Numbered from the stretch's first letter, positions 10,722 to 20,038 are shown. The stretch: 64,000 nucleotides of DNA from Patescibacteria group bacterium (GCA_028699085.1 JAQVVF010000002.1:68557-132556); one strand, 5' to 3'. Notes: a model not told the origin generated them from the letters alone. Numbers and translations are program-made.

Positions 10722-11474
10722 TTATCTTACATCAAAAGGCAGAGTTAAAGGCTCTGAAAATGGCACTGTCACTTCTTCCAATAAGTATCTTTCAGCAATT
10801 CCTACATTAGATTCACATGCTCCCCCATTGGGCGTAAATGAAGCAATGGAAACAGATTGCTTTTGATTTCCATTTTTAACAAAATACCTATCTCCAAACA
10901 CTCTAAGAACTCTAAAATCATCAAGTGGACCATCTGTAATAAAAGCACTTCCTGTGCAATTTGCATCACTGAAATAGACTGTCAAAGAAGAATTTAAGTC
11001 AGCATCAATGTATAAAAATTTCTTCAACGACGGAATATAAATATCAAAAGTCCTTACACCAACATTATTATAAAATCTTAAACTAGCATCTACCAGTATT
11101 CCTAAATCTTGATTATTTGCATCATAAACATGCAATTGCATTCCAGGAACACCCTGTTCACCACGATCTCCTTTTTCTCCCCTTTCGCCTTGGATGCCTT
11201 TAATACCTTGCTCACCTTTATCACCCTTTTCACCTTGAGGTCCCTGATCTCCTTTTACTCCTTGTGGTCCTGTTGGCCCAACGACTGATTTGCTTCCTGC
11301 TTTTAATTTTGCGACATCAACACTTAAAGTATTTACTTTTTTCTTCAAATTTTTTACTAATGTCCAAATTGAAACTTTATTAGCAGCCTGAACAATTGTT
11401 ACACCAGATAATAAAAATAATACAAGAGATACCGCAACAATCGCAACTAAAAACTTTTTGTTTGATTCTTGCAT
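10722..11474 (-). CDS. Collagen-like triple-helix repeat protein with an N-terminal membrane anchor
   Basis: N-terminal TM segment (FLVAIVAVSLVLFLL). Then 15 consecutive G-X-Y triplets (GPTGPQGVKGDQGPQGEKGDKGEQGIKGIQGERGEKGDRGEQGVPG). Then a Cys-containing C-terminal domain of about 150 aa. Confidence 0.75.
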   Translation of the reverse strand: MQESNKKFLVAIVAVSLVLFLLSGVTIVQAANKVSIWTLVKNLKKKVNTLSVDVAKLKAGSKSVVGPTGPQGVKGDQGPQGEKGDKGEQGIKGIQGERGEKGDRGEQGVPGMQLHVYDANNQDLGILVDASLRFYNNVGVRTFDIYIPSLKKFLYIDADLNSSLTVYFSDANCTGSAFITDGPLDDFRVLRVFGDRYFVKNGNQKQSVSIASFTPNGGACESNVGIAERYLLEEVTVPFSEPLTLPFDVR

Positions 11475-11576
11475 ATTTTTTTATAATTAAATTCTATCGT
11501 TCTTATTATAATATAAATTATTTTTTTTGCAAGCTTCTTTCTGCTTTATAACTTTAAAAACTTTACAACTTTACAA

Positions 11577-11610
11577 ACTAAAACCTCCGTTTACTACGGA
11601 GGTTTTTTAT
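11577..11610. terminator. Hairpin terminator downstream of the PLDc_N gene
   Basis: Stem aacctccgt / acggaggtt. A T6 run follows on the plus side and T4 on the minus side. Confidence 0.55.
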
Positions 11611-11629
11611 TTATAGACTTCCTAAAATC

Positions 11630-12052
11630 TTATTGCTTTGGTGCAGCTGGAGCAGATGGAGCAGCAGGATTTGATCCACCCTTCATTGTTCCAACATTTT
11701 TTTTCTTAACCATGAAATAATATAAGATTGATGCTAACCAAGACCATCCAACAAAGAATGTGATGATCAAAACAGCCAACCATACGCCTCTATTTGGAAA
11801 TTCTCTTTTGATACAATCAACTAACATCATAATCCAGAATACCAAGAAAAATAGACCGATCAGTCCACCAATAATTGCGATGATAATTCCAAAGATACCC
11901 ATTCCCATTCCTAATCCTGCCAATGCTTCTGCATCGCTTTCGTTCAATGTTGTAGTAGTTGTATAATTAAAATCTAAATCATTTTGCGCAAAGGCAAAAT
12001 TTGCTCCCAATGTAAGTACGCATACTGTAAGAAAAGCAAAAATTTTCTTCAT
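11630..12052 (-). CDS. Small secreted membrane protein with a PLDc_N-like domain
   Basis: Signal peptide MKKIFAFLTVCVLTLGANFAFA, then two TM helices around ...WIMMLVDCIKREFPNRGVWLAVLIITFFVGW..YYF. This resembles the stand-alone PLD-nuclease N-terminal (PLDc_N) motif. Confidence 0.55.
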   Translation of the reverse strand: MKKIFAFLTVCVLTLGANFAFAQNDLDFNYTTTTTLNESDAEALAGLGMGMGIFGIIIAIIGGLIGLFFLVFWIMMLVDCIKREFPNRGVWLAVLIITFFVGWSWLASILYYFMVKKKNVGTMKGGSNPAAPSAPAAPKQ

Positions 12053-12177
12053 AATTTTTTTATTAATTAATTATTGTTTTGTTTTAAATAATTCTTATTG
12101 ACAGTCGACCTGCATCTGTCTACTTATCTGTAATATATCATCTTAAAAAAAACATGCAAGATTAATAATACACAGGA

Positions 12178-12205
12178 CAAAAAAATATGCGAGCAAGTCG
12201 CATAT
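12178..12205 (-). terminator. Intrinsic terminator after rpsG
   Basis: 8-bp stem atatgcga / tcgcatat; on the minus strand a T7 run follows. Confidence 0.6.
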
Positions 12206-12249
12206 TTGTGTTTTAGTAGTCTTAAAAAATTAGTAAAATTCGTAACTGA

Positions 12250-12720
12250 TTATCTTGCAAAGTGAGCAAAAGCTTTATTTGCTCTTGCCATTCTATGGGA
12301 ATCTTCTTTCTTTCTAACAGCTGATCCTTGATTCTTTGCCGCATCAATTATTTCTGTAGCTAATCTGATTGACATTGGCTGACCTTTTTTAGCTTTTGCA
12401 GCCTCAATAATCCATCTGAAGGCTAAAGTTTGTTTTCGATCGCCTCTTACTTCATAAGGGATCTGATAATTAGCGCCACCGATTCTTCTACCTTTTATTT
12501 CCAAATCTGGAGCTACATTTTTTAAAGCTAAATCAAAAATTTCAATTGGATCTTTTTTTAGTTTTGTAGAAATAAAACCTAATGTATTATAAATTGTTTT
12601 TCTAGCTGCGCCTTTCTTACCTCTTTCCATAATACTGTTGATAAATTTGGATACAACTAAATTACCATATTTTGGATCTGGTTTTAATTCTCTTTTATAT
12701 TGTCTTTTTCTTCTTGCCAT
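12250..12720 (-). CDS. rpsG: 30S ribosomal protein S7
   Basis: MARRKRQYKRELKPDPKYGN... is the S7 N-terminus. Confidence 0.95.
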   Translation of the reverse strand: MARRKRQYKRELKPDPKYGNLVVSKFINSIMERGKKGAARKTIYNTLGFISTKLKKDPIEIFDLALKNVAPDLEIKGRRIGGANYQIPYEVRGDRKQTLAFRWIIEAAKAKKGQPMSIRLATEIIDAAKNQGSAVRKKEDSHRMARANKAFAHFAR

Positions 12721-12828
12721 AAATGATTAAATTCTCAATTTACAATTCTCAATTTTCAAATTATCTAATCCAGCTTTGGAAATTGATTATTGAAAATTTA
12801 TTGTAAATTGATCATTGAAAATTAGTAA

Positions 12829-13272
12829 TTATTTTGTTTCAGCCTTCTTCTTTCCGGAAGCTGATTTCTTCGCGCCATATTTGCTTCTTTGTTGCATTCT
12901 ACCTTCAACACCAGCAGTATCTAAAATACCTCGAACAATATGATATTTTACACCAGGCAAATCCTTAACTCTTCCGCCACGAACAACAACGATTGAGTGC
13001 TCTTGCAAATTATGTCCTTCACCAGGAATATAAGCAGTTACTTCCATTCCGTTTGTTAATCTAACTCTAGCGATTTTTCTCAAAGCAGAGTTTGGTTTCT
13101 TTGGAGTAGTTGTTGTAACTTTTGTGCAAACACCTCTTTTGAAAGGATTGCCTTCTTCTAAAACAACATATCGTTTTTTAATCTTATTAAAATCCCTCTG
13201 CAATGCAGGTGCTTTAGATTTTCTTTTTCCAGATTTTCTTCTTCTCTTAACTAATTGATTTATTGTCGGCAT
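12829..13272 (-). CDS. rpsL: 30S ribosomal protein S12
   Basis: [12 protein letters not shown]...PNSALRK signature. The tracked ORF reaches 13308, but the start is probably MPTINQ at 13272. Confidence 0.95.
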   Translation of the reverse strand: MPTINQLVKRRRKSGKRKSKAPALQRDFNKIKKRYVVLEEGNPFKRGVCTKVTTTTPKKPNSALRKIARVRLTNGMEVTAYIPGEGHNLQEHSIVVVRGGRVKDLPGVKYHIVRGILDTAGVEGRMQQRSKYGAKKSASGKKKAETK

Positions 13273-13348
13273 ATATAATAATTTTTTATGATAAACAAAT
13301 ATTATCAAATAATAATTTGATTGTCAACAGTTATTAATAGTTTCTAGA

Positions 13349-13975
13349 CTATGCTAAAAACTTATCTATTATTCCAATCACCCAATAGAAATATCTAGAA
13401 AATAAACTGCCACCAATTAACAACAATCCGATCAAAACAAAAAAACCATACTTGTCTAAAAACATTTTGACATTTTCTGCAGAAGGAGGAAGCAAGGCAA
13501 ATAACAATTTTGATCCATCCAAAGGCGGAACTGGAATAACATTAAATGATAGTAACAAAGCATTGATCAATATGAATGTATACAAAAAATCAAACAAGGC
13601 ATTTCCTTCACCTAATCCTGTCAAAGGATAAACAAATTTCAATAACAAAACAAAAATAACAACCAAAATCAAATTAGAAAATGGTCCAGCCAAGGCAACA
13701 ATTGCCGGCCCGATCCTTTGATTCTTAAGATTATATGGATTAAATGGTACTGGTTTGCCCCAACCAAATCCAACAAAAAGCATCAACAATGTTCCCCATA
13801 TATCCATGTGCTTTAGAGGATTCAAAGTCAGCCTTCCTTGATTTTTTGCTGTTGGATCTCCTAATAATGTCCCTGCTAAAGCATGTGAAAATTCATGGAT
13901 CGTAATAGCAAAAATCATTGAAACTGCCCAAGCAAAAAACATTATTGGATTAGTTAAAAGCAATGAAATTATCAT
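13349..13975 (-). CDS. Site-2 protease family (peptidase M50) membrane zinc metalloprotease
   Basis: HEFSHA (HExxH) inside a TM helix, a multi-pass membrane topology, and a downstream LDG motif. Confidence 0.8.
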   Translation of the reverse strand: MIISLLLTNPIMFFAWAVSMIFAITIHEFSHALAGTLLGDPTAKNQGRLTLNPLKHMDIWGTLLMLFVGFGWGKPVPFNPYNLKNQRIGPAIVALAGPFSNLILVVIFVLLLKFVYPLTGLGEGNALFDFLYTFILINALLLSFNVIPVPPLDGSKLLFALLPPSAENVKMFLDKYGFFVLIGLLLIGGSLFSRYFYWVIGIIDKFLA

Positions 13976-14119
13976 ATTTTAGTAATTAATTAGAATTATC
14001 GGCAACTAGTAATTTAGTTATTTTGTTATTTATAATTTTGTTATTCGAAATTCGCTTGTCAAAACAATAATACTCTGTTATTATTACAAATACAAATTAA
14101 CTTTAATTATCTAAATCAT

Positions 14120-14293
14120 ATGGCAAAACGTTGTGATATCTGCAAACGCGGACCAAGAAAATCAGTTTCACGTTCTCATTCTAACATCGCCAATAAAAGA
14201 AGGCAATATTTAAATTTGCAAAAAATTGAGTATAAAGGCGAAAGTTTGAAGGCCTGCACAAAATGCATTAAAACACTATATAGAACAAAGTAA
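14120..14293 (+). CDS. rpmB: 50S ribosomal protein L28 (zinc-ribbon form)
   Basis: 57-aa ORF not in the supplied track: MAKRCDICKRGPRKSVSRSHSNIANKRRQYLNLQ...CTKC. This matches the L28 C-x-x-C...SHS..TKR...CxxC pattern. Confidence 0.85.
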   Translation: MAKRCDICKRGPRKSVSRSHSNIANKRRQYLNLQKIEYKGESLKACTKCIKTLYRTK

Positions 14294-14302
14294 TAAGACA
14301 AC

Positions 14303-16228
14303 ATGACAAAAACAAAAATAAAAACTAAACCAAAAACAAAGACAATGATTTCCATTGCCTTACTCGCATTTATAATTTCCGGCTTAGGTCTCGCTGCCGG
14401 AATTTTTTATAATGTAAATTATCCAAAATCAAAATGCAAAAATGCGTTTAAGATTGTCAAATCAAGCAAATGCCAAGGATCATACAAAAAATATACTGTT
14501 GTATCTTTTTGTTCAAAAAATAAAACAGTCCAAAAATTAGCAATAAAAAAATTAAAGAAAAATAAAAAGTGCTATAAATCTTATAAAATTATTAAGAAAA
14601 AAGCCTGCAAATCTTACTACAACAAAACAATTAAATTGTACTGCCCAAAACAAACTGAAAATAACATTAATCAAAATATTAATCAGCCAAACGAATCAAA
14701 TAATAGCACTAATTCACCAATAGGCGAGAATGCCAGCTTGAATCAAAATGAATCAACAGATAACACAGATGACAATGTATCAATTGACGATCCGATTGAT
14801 GAAGAATTCGAAGATATCGAAGATGAGTTGCCAGCAGAACCTATTACAGATTTAGAAGATAATTTAGCTGACATTAATCTAATCAACAAACCAGGATGGC
14901 CAAAAAATAAAAATCATGACAATGAAAAAATCCAATCCATTATTGCTGCAAATATCGACAATCAAGGATCAAAAGAAATAATCAACCAATCTCTAATTGA
15001 TGGCTATAGCACCTTAAGACTTTATGCTTGGCAAAATAATGGACAGCTCTTTAATAATAATTGGCCGATAGAAATTACCAATTGTCCAGCAGGCTGTGTT
15101 CCAAATCAACAAATCATTTCACATAATTTTAAAGCTGTAAATTTTCAAAATAGAGTCTCCAACTTTGCAACTCCTATTTCCATTGGAAAAAGCAATGAAA
15201 TAATTACTAGTATCTATAAAGCCGGACCTCCAGGTTTTTGGTTTCATGATTTATTCAGTTTCAATAAAGACGGACAGAATAATTCCTTCTGGCCAAAAAC
15301 AAAAGAAAAAAATACTACAAATCTAATTATCTCCAACTTAGAAAACAATCAAAATACAAATGTTCTTTTTGGCAGTTCCAATAATACCTACATTCTCAAT
15401 AATCAAGGTGCTGATATTTTTAATAATCTTTCTAATAAAAAAAGTTTTGCACTAACTATTGATGATTCAATTCAAGCTAATCCTAAATTAATTTCATTAG
15501 GCTTTGACTCTGGATCTCCTACATTGCAAATATATGATACAGCTGGAAACAATTTACCAAGTTTTCCTAAACAATTACCTGAACTAAAATCATACTCATC
15601 TTCTCCTTCTTTGACTCTTTCTGATCTCAATAACGACGGATCAAGAGAAATAATTATTCTTGGCGAACATACTCAAGATGGCCTATATTTAAATGCAATC
15701 CAAAATAACGGAAATTCTTTATCTGGATTTCCAATTCAGATTTCTGCTAACCTTACTTCAGATAGCGGTTTAAAAATTTCTAGTGCTGACATTGATCAAG
15801 ACAACAACAATGAAATAGTTTTATTTTTTAGAAATACTGATGAAAACATTATTACTTTTAAAATAATCAATTACAATGCTACGGTCTCGCTCACTAGCCA
15901 ATTGCCTGGAAACAAATTTAGCGAGCCTTTGCTAGCAAATCTAAACAACGATAATAATTTAGAGATTGTCACCACAATCGACAACTCACTATACATTATT
16001 GATACCGCTGAATTAGCTTTTAGAAAAATTGATGCAGCAGGCGATGATCCAAACGAATTTGGCTATTTTCCAACTGTGTTCTTAACTGATTTAGATAATA
16101 ATAATCGCATTGATTTTGTTTCCAACATTGGCAACAAAACAAATGCTTGGGAATTAAATTTCTCAACTAATAACATGCCTTGGCCAATGCCAGATCAAAA
16201 CAATCAGCGCACCAGAATCGCACCATAA
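14303..16228 (+). CDS. Large surface protein with FG-GAP/VCBS-like beta-propeller repeats
   Basis: N-terminal TM anchor, then a Lys/Cys-rich segment, an N/Q/D/E-rich low-complexity linker, and repeats of D-x-N-x-D/N-G/N-x-x-E-I type (DLNNDGSREIIILG, ADIDQDNNNEIVLFF, ANLNNDNNLEIVTT, TDLDNNNRIDFVSN). It starts 10 nt after rpmB. Confidence 0.6.
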   Translation: MTKTKIKTKPKTKTMISIALLAFIISGLGLAAGIFYNVNYPKSKCKNAFKIVKSSKCQGSYKKYTVVSFCSKNKTVQKLAIKKLKKNKKCYKSYKIIKKKACKSYYNKTIKLYCPKQTENNINQNINQPNESNNSTNSPIGENASLNQNESTDNTDDNVSIDDPIDEEFEDIEDELPAEPITDLEDNLADINLINKPGWPKNKNHDNEKIQSIIAANIDNQGSKEIINQSLIDGYSTLRLYAWQNNGQLFNNNWPIEITNCPAGCVPNQQIISHNFKAVNFQNRVSNFATPISIGKSNEIITSIYKAGPPGFWFHDLFSFNKDGQNNSFWPKTKEKNTTNLIISNLENNQNTNVLFGSSNNTYILNNQGADIFNNLSNKKSFALTIDDSIQANPKLISLGFDSGSPTLQIYDTAGNNLPSFPKQLPELKSYSSSPSLTLSDLNNDGSREIIILGEHTQDGLYLNAIQNNGNSLSGFPIQISANLTSDSGLKISSADIDQDNNNEIVLFFRNTDENIITFKIINYNATVSLTSQLPGNKFSEPLLANLNNDNNLEIVTTIDNSLYIIDTAELAFRKIDAAGDDPNEFGYFPTVFLTDLDNNNRIDFVSNIGNKTNAWELNFSTNNMPWPMPDQNNQRTRIAP

Positions 16229-16254
16229 AAATTTAAAAACATAAGAATATAAAA

Positions 16255-16280
16255 ACGAGACCAACAAGTCTCGTTTTTTT
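16255..16280 (+). terminator. Intrinsic terminator
   Basis: Stem acgagac / gtctcgt followed by T7. Confidence 0.7.
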
Positions 16281-16359
16281 ACTTTTTTGATAATTCAATA
16301 ATTAAGCAATCTAGCAATAAAACAATGAAACGATTTATCATTTAACCAGTCTAACTAAT

Positions 16360-16626
16360 TTATTTTTTATCTTTCTTAAACAATCGAACTAAGAATACAG
16401 CACCAATTACCATCAACAAAGTTAAAAAACCAGCATAAATAAATTTCGCCCAAATATTATCTCTTTGCGGAAAAATATAATCAATAAATGACTTAATCGC
16501 ATCATTCCATGCTAAACCAACAATCAAACCGAAAGCAGCAGCAATATAACCGCTCACTTTCTTCAATGCTTCATCTCTTAATTTTATACTCTGCTCTTTA
16601 ATTTTATTTAAAGCCATTTTTACCAT
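16360..16626 (-). CDS. Small two-TM membrane protein of unknown function
   Basis: 88 aa with a conserved-looking AFGLIVGLAWNDAIKSFIDYIFP motif. Confidence 0.5.
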   Translation of the reverse strand: MVKMALNKIKEQSIKLRDEALKKVSGYIAAAFGLIVGLAWNDAIKSFIDYIFPQRDNIWAKFIYAGFLTLLMVIGAVFLVRLFKKDKK

Positions 16627-16711
16627 ATTTTAATATGCTAATTAATCAATCAAACAAACTAGCATATTTTCGAAATAAAATCAATCTTTAACAATTTAAC
16701 AATAAAAATTT

Positions 16712-16984
16712 TTATTTCTTTCCTTCCCAATAAGCATCTCCTTCTTCTTCCATTTTTTCTAATCTATCATAATAATCAGGAAATTCATTCAAATGTGCTA
16801 GAGCAATTTTTCCAGTCATTACAGGATCATCATTAGTCACATTAGTATGCATATCAACAGTTCCATGCTCTAATTCGACATCTAGACCTCTTCGAAATTG
16901 ATCGACGTCAAATTTTGTCCAATCAATTCCCAATTTTTCACCAATTTGCTTAGTTTCTTCTACTGTAAAATTTTGTTTTGACAT
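16712..16984 (-). CDS. Conserved hypothetical cytosolic protein
   Basis: 90 aa, acidic, with motifs VELEHGT and AHLNEFPDYYDRL. No family assigned. Confidence 0.5.
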   Translation of the reverse strand: MSKQNFTVEETKQIGEKLGIDWTKFDVDQFRRGLDVELEHGTVDMHTNVTNDDPVMTGKIALAHLNEFPDYYDRLEKMEEEGDAYWEGKK

Positions 16985-17206
16985 ATTGTTTAATTAATAT
17001 TTTTATGTTTTTTTATTCTTATATAATCTCTTTCTCTTTTTAATTTTAAAGGAGGAGCAACTCTCAGCCTATGTGATGTTCGATAGGCTACCTTTCCATG
17101 ATGAGTTTTGCTAGAAGCGTAATTTTTCATAAATTTATTTTAACACAAAACCCTGTTATAATATAGTAGTAATAATAACTATTAATCTATATTTAATAAA
17201 TATTTT

Positions 17207-18034
17207 ATGAAAAGATTTTTACTCGCCATCACTTCAACGCTTTTTTTACCAACTCTTGGTTTAGCTTTTTTGTTTCTCAATATCACCCACACCATGCTCT
17301 CGCCAAATATTTACAAAAAAGCTTTGACTGATGCCAATGCTTATGAACGTTTATCAAAAATTAATATCAATCAATTATTGTCTATTTTTTCCAAAAACAA
17401 AAATTTAGATATAATGCAAAAAGTCAAAATTAAAGTTTCCAAAGAAACATTGCAAAAAACAGTTGAGCCAACTATCGATTTCTTTTTTGTTGATGTTTTA
17501 AGAAATGGCAAAAAAACAATTATCATTGATTTATCTGATTTTCAAAAAGATTTTTTAGGCCAATATAATATTCCTATTTATCTTTTTCCAGAAGGAATTA
17601 TTCCGCAAAATTATTCTATTCCCATTCCTGGAACAATCTTGCTATTTCAACCATTTATTGCCATCTTGCCAATTCTAACTTATTTATTTTTTGCACTCTC
17701 TTTCTTTTATTTATTTTTAATAATTCTTTTCAAAAAAAATAATCGCGGAAAATTAAGATTGCCAGCCTATCTTATTTTTAGCTTAGGATTAACTTATCTA
17801 ATTATTTATTTTGTTGCTTGGTTTTTAGATCCATCCAAATATATCTCATTAGGATCGCAAAATTTTGCCCAGATTGCTCTAGATGTTTTAAATAATCTAA
17901 AAGTTGTTTTTATCAGACCTTATTTAATTGAAGGCATCATTTTAATAAGCATCAGTATAATTGCATTTATTATTTCTTTTTTTATTCCTCAAGAAAAAAA
18001 TAAATTAATTTTGCCCAACAAACCAATCAAATAG
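17207..18034 (+). CDS. Hypothetical membrane protein
   Basis: N-terminal signal/TM segment and three or four C-terminal TM helices. A candidate TATAAT box lies at about 17153. Confidence 0.5.
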   Translation: MKRFLLAITSTLFLPTLGLAFLFLNITHTMLSPNIYKKALTDANAYERLSKININQLLSIFSKNKNLDIMQKVKIKVSKETLQKTVEPTIDFFFVDVLRNGKKTIIIDLSDFQKDFLGQYNIPIYLFPEGIIPQNYSIPIPGTILLFQPFIAILPILTYLFFALSFFYLFLIILFKKNNRGKLRLPAYLIFSLGLTYLIIYFVAWFLDPSKYISLGSQNFAQIALDVLNNLKVVFIRPYLIEGIILISISIIAFIISFFIPQEKNKLILPNKPIK

Positions 18035-18043
18035 TTTGAAACA

Positions 18044-18077
18044 AAAAACGGATCTTTCCAGAATCCGTTTTTTTATT
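18044..18077. terminator. Bidirectional intrinsic terminator
   Basis: Stem aacggat / atccgtt, flanked by an A-run upstream and a T-run downstream. It serves the convergent genes 17207..18034 (+) and 18097..18879 (-). Confidence 0.7.
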
Positions 18078-18096
18078 TAAAATAATCCTTTTAATA

Positions 18097-18879
18097 TTAC
18101 ATCGGCCTCAATGTTCCAGAAAAAATTTGCCAAGCCAAAGCTGATTTTGCAATCAAACTTAATAGAATATAAATTGATTCGCCATACAAATAATTTTTCC
18201 AAGGCCCAACTTTCCTATACTGCAAAAACATATTTAAAGCAAAGATATCAAAAAACACAAATATCGAAATCAAAATTCCATAAACAAATTTTGGAATTAC
18301 ATCACCAACGGAAGAAACTGCTCCAGCAAAATAAAGATAAATCACAATCCATGGCACGATTCCCATAATGCAACCAAAAACAAAAGCAGTCCAATTGATC
18401 TTCGTCGTCAATTGATTATATTTTTCCATCATTAGCCCAAATAAAATCATTGCCGAATTAACAGTAAACATTAATATCAAGCTTGATAAGTCATACATAC
18501 CGCATAGCATTGAAATAATCACAATCATTAATGAAGAAGAAATAGCATATTCATACCATCTGATATAATTGATGTGCTTTTTTAAATTTCTTTCATAGAA
18601 TTTAAATAATACTGTTGCAGTCAAAAAATGAGCTAATGCTGAAAGAAATAAGAACATCGCTACCATCGGACCAATTCTCAATTCTGCAACTTCCTTTATA
18701 ACTGTTGTTATTGCTTTTGTTGCCAAATCAAAACTCAAATAAGATGTCGTGATTGGCAATTTAAAATCATTGCTCAACCACAACATTAAGCAAGCTTGAA
18801 TCAAATGGAAAAAACCCATCACTGCATTATAAATCCGCAGCTTGCGATAAGTTTTTTCAGAACCTGTTTTTGTTGTCAT
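18097..18879 (-). CDS. Heliorhodopsin (inverted-topology seven-TM retinal protein)
   Basis: Strong resemblance to heliorhodopsin 48C12 along the whole length: FHLIQ, LSNDFKLP, FLFLSALAHF, NYIRWYEYAISSSLMIVIISMLCG, NSAMILFGLMMEKY and the C-terminal YILLSLIAKSALAWQIFSGTL. That last segment contains the Schiff-base lysine. Confidence 0.85.
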   Translation of the reverse strand: MTTKTGSEKTYRKLRIYNAVMGFFHLIQACLMLWLSNDFKLPITTSYLSFDLATKAITTVIKEVAELRIGPMVAMFLFLSALAHFLTATVLFKFYERNLKKHINYIRWYEYAISSSLMIVIISMLCGMYDLSSLILMFTVNSAMILFGLMMEKYNQLTTKINWTAFVFGCIMGIVPWIVIYLYFAGAVSSVGDVIPKFVYGILISIFVFFDIFALNMFLQYRKVGPWKNYLYGESIYILLSLIAKSALAWQIFSGTLRPM

Positions 18880-18928
18880 TTTTATTTTTAAATTATTTTA
18901 TAAAGAAGCAATTTATGTATCTCTATTC

Positions 18929-19096
18929 TTATTTGCAATTTTCTTTTGGCATTTCCATATTTGGGTTGCCATGCTTCACCCACTTACCTTTTTCACAAAC
19001 CCAAGAATCTTCTGGAGTAGAAAATCTTAATATTAAAACAATTCCAATTCCTAAAATAATTATTGCCCCAATAATAATTAAAAGTGTTTTTTTCAT
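18929..19096 (-). CDS. Small single-TM membrane protein (55 aa)
   Basis: MKKTLLIIIGAIIILGIGIVLILRFSTPEDSWVCEKGKWVKHGNPNMEMPKENCK. It lies between the TerC-like gene and the heliorhodopsin on the same strand and is below the ORF-track size cutoff. Confidence 0.4.
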   Translation of the reverse strand: MKKTLLIIIGAIIILGIGIVLILRFSTPEDSWVCEKGKWVKHGNPNMEMPKENCK

Positions 19097-19105
19097 TAAT
19101 TATCA

Positions 19106-20038
19106 TTAAACTTTAATAAGCTTTTCTTGTTTACCATGCCTGTAAGACAAATATAAAAAGAAAACTAAAAGCGAAATTGTAGATACCGGAGCAATCCAGA
19201 ATGGGAATTCTTTGCCAAAAGATTCTAGAATCATAATTGCGCCAAGAACTCCAATCGAATACATTGCGCCATTTTTTAAATAAGCAAATTTTGCAATCAC
19301 ATCTATTCCTTTGATTGTAAGCTCTCTAACTACAAGCGCGCCCAAACCATTACCAATCAAAATCAAAGGCACATAAATAGTAAAAGCAAAAGCACCAATT
19401 ACACCATCAATAGAAAAAGAAGCATCTAATACTTCTAAATAAAATATCTTGCTCCATGCGCCAACACTGCTTGATTTCAGCAATGTTTTGCCTTTTTCTT
19501 CGGCATTTTTCTTCAAACCATCAGTAATAAAAAAGGCAGTTGCGCCGATTGAAGTCGATAATGCCATTGCCGGATTTCCAGCGCTAACAGACAATCCAAT
19601 CATTACTGTAAAAAATACTGAGGCAATTGCATAAAACCAAACTCCTTGATGAAATATAATATGTTCAACTAAAAAAGCATATTTCTTTTTTTCCAGAAAT
19701 AGCCAAGACAAAGCAACAAACAGCAAATAAATTCCACCACCAGATAATAATAATGGCTTTGATTCTTCCAACGCATCTTTTATAGCTGGATCATTTGAAA
19801 AAGCAAATGTTATAACTTCAAAAAATCCTAGATCAGTATTAGCTAGCCAAACAATCAAAAAAGGCAAGATACCTCTAACCAAAAATACTGCAATCAACAA
19901 TCCCCAAAACAAAAATATTTTCCGAAATCTTTTCGGTAAAGTTTGTAAAACATGAGCATTAACAATTGCATTATCAACACTTGAAATGATTTCAAAAACA
20001 CACAAACCTAAAACAATAACTAGATCTTGTAATAACAT
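19106..20038 (-). CDS. TerC/DUF475-family integral membrane protein
   Basis: Two internal repeats, each carrying an S-x-DN/DG motif (ISSVDNAIVNAHVL and SFSIDGVIGAFAF), in a multi-pass membrane protein of 310 aa. Confidence 0.6.
   Translation of the reverse strand: MLLQDLVIVLGLCVFEIISSVDNAIVNAHVLQTLPKRFRKIFLFWGLLIAVFLVRGILPFLIVWLANTDLGFFEVITFAFSNDPAIKDALEESKPLLLSGGGIYLLFVALSWLFLEKKKYAFLVEHIIFHQGVWFYAIASVFFTVMIGLSVSAGNPAMALSTSIGATAFFITDGLKKNAEEKGKTLLKSSSVGAWSKIFYLEVLDASFSIDGVIGAFAFTIYVPLILIGNGLGALVVRELTIKGIDVIAKFAYLKNGAMYSIGVLGAIMILESFGKEFPFWIAPVSTISLLVFFLYLSYRHGKQEKLIKV

Noticed and set aside
16990-17130. 46-aa minus-strand ORF (MKNYASSKTHHGKVAYRTSHRLRVAPP…) in the spacer between 16712..16984 and 17207..18034
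   Set aside because: It has no Shine-Dalgarno sequence and does not resemble L33, L34, L35, L36 or S21. It overlaps a local hairpin (agcctat…ataggct) and a plus-strand aaaggagg with no ORF. It is most likely non-coding promoter/UTR sequence.
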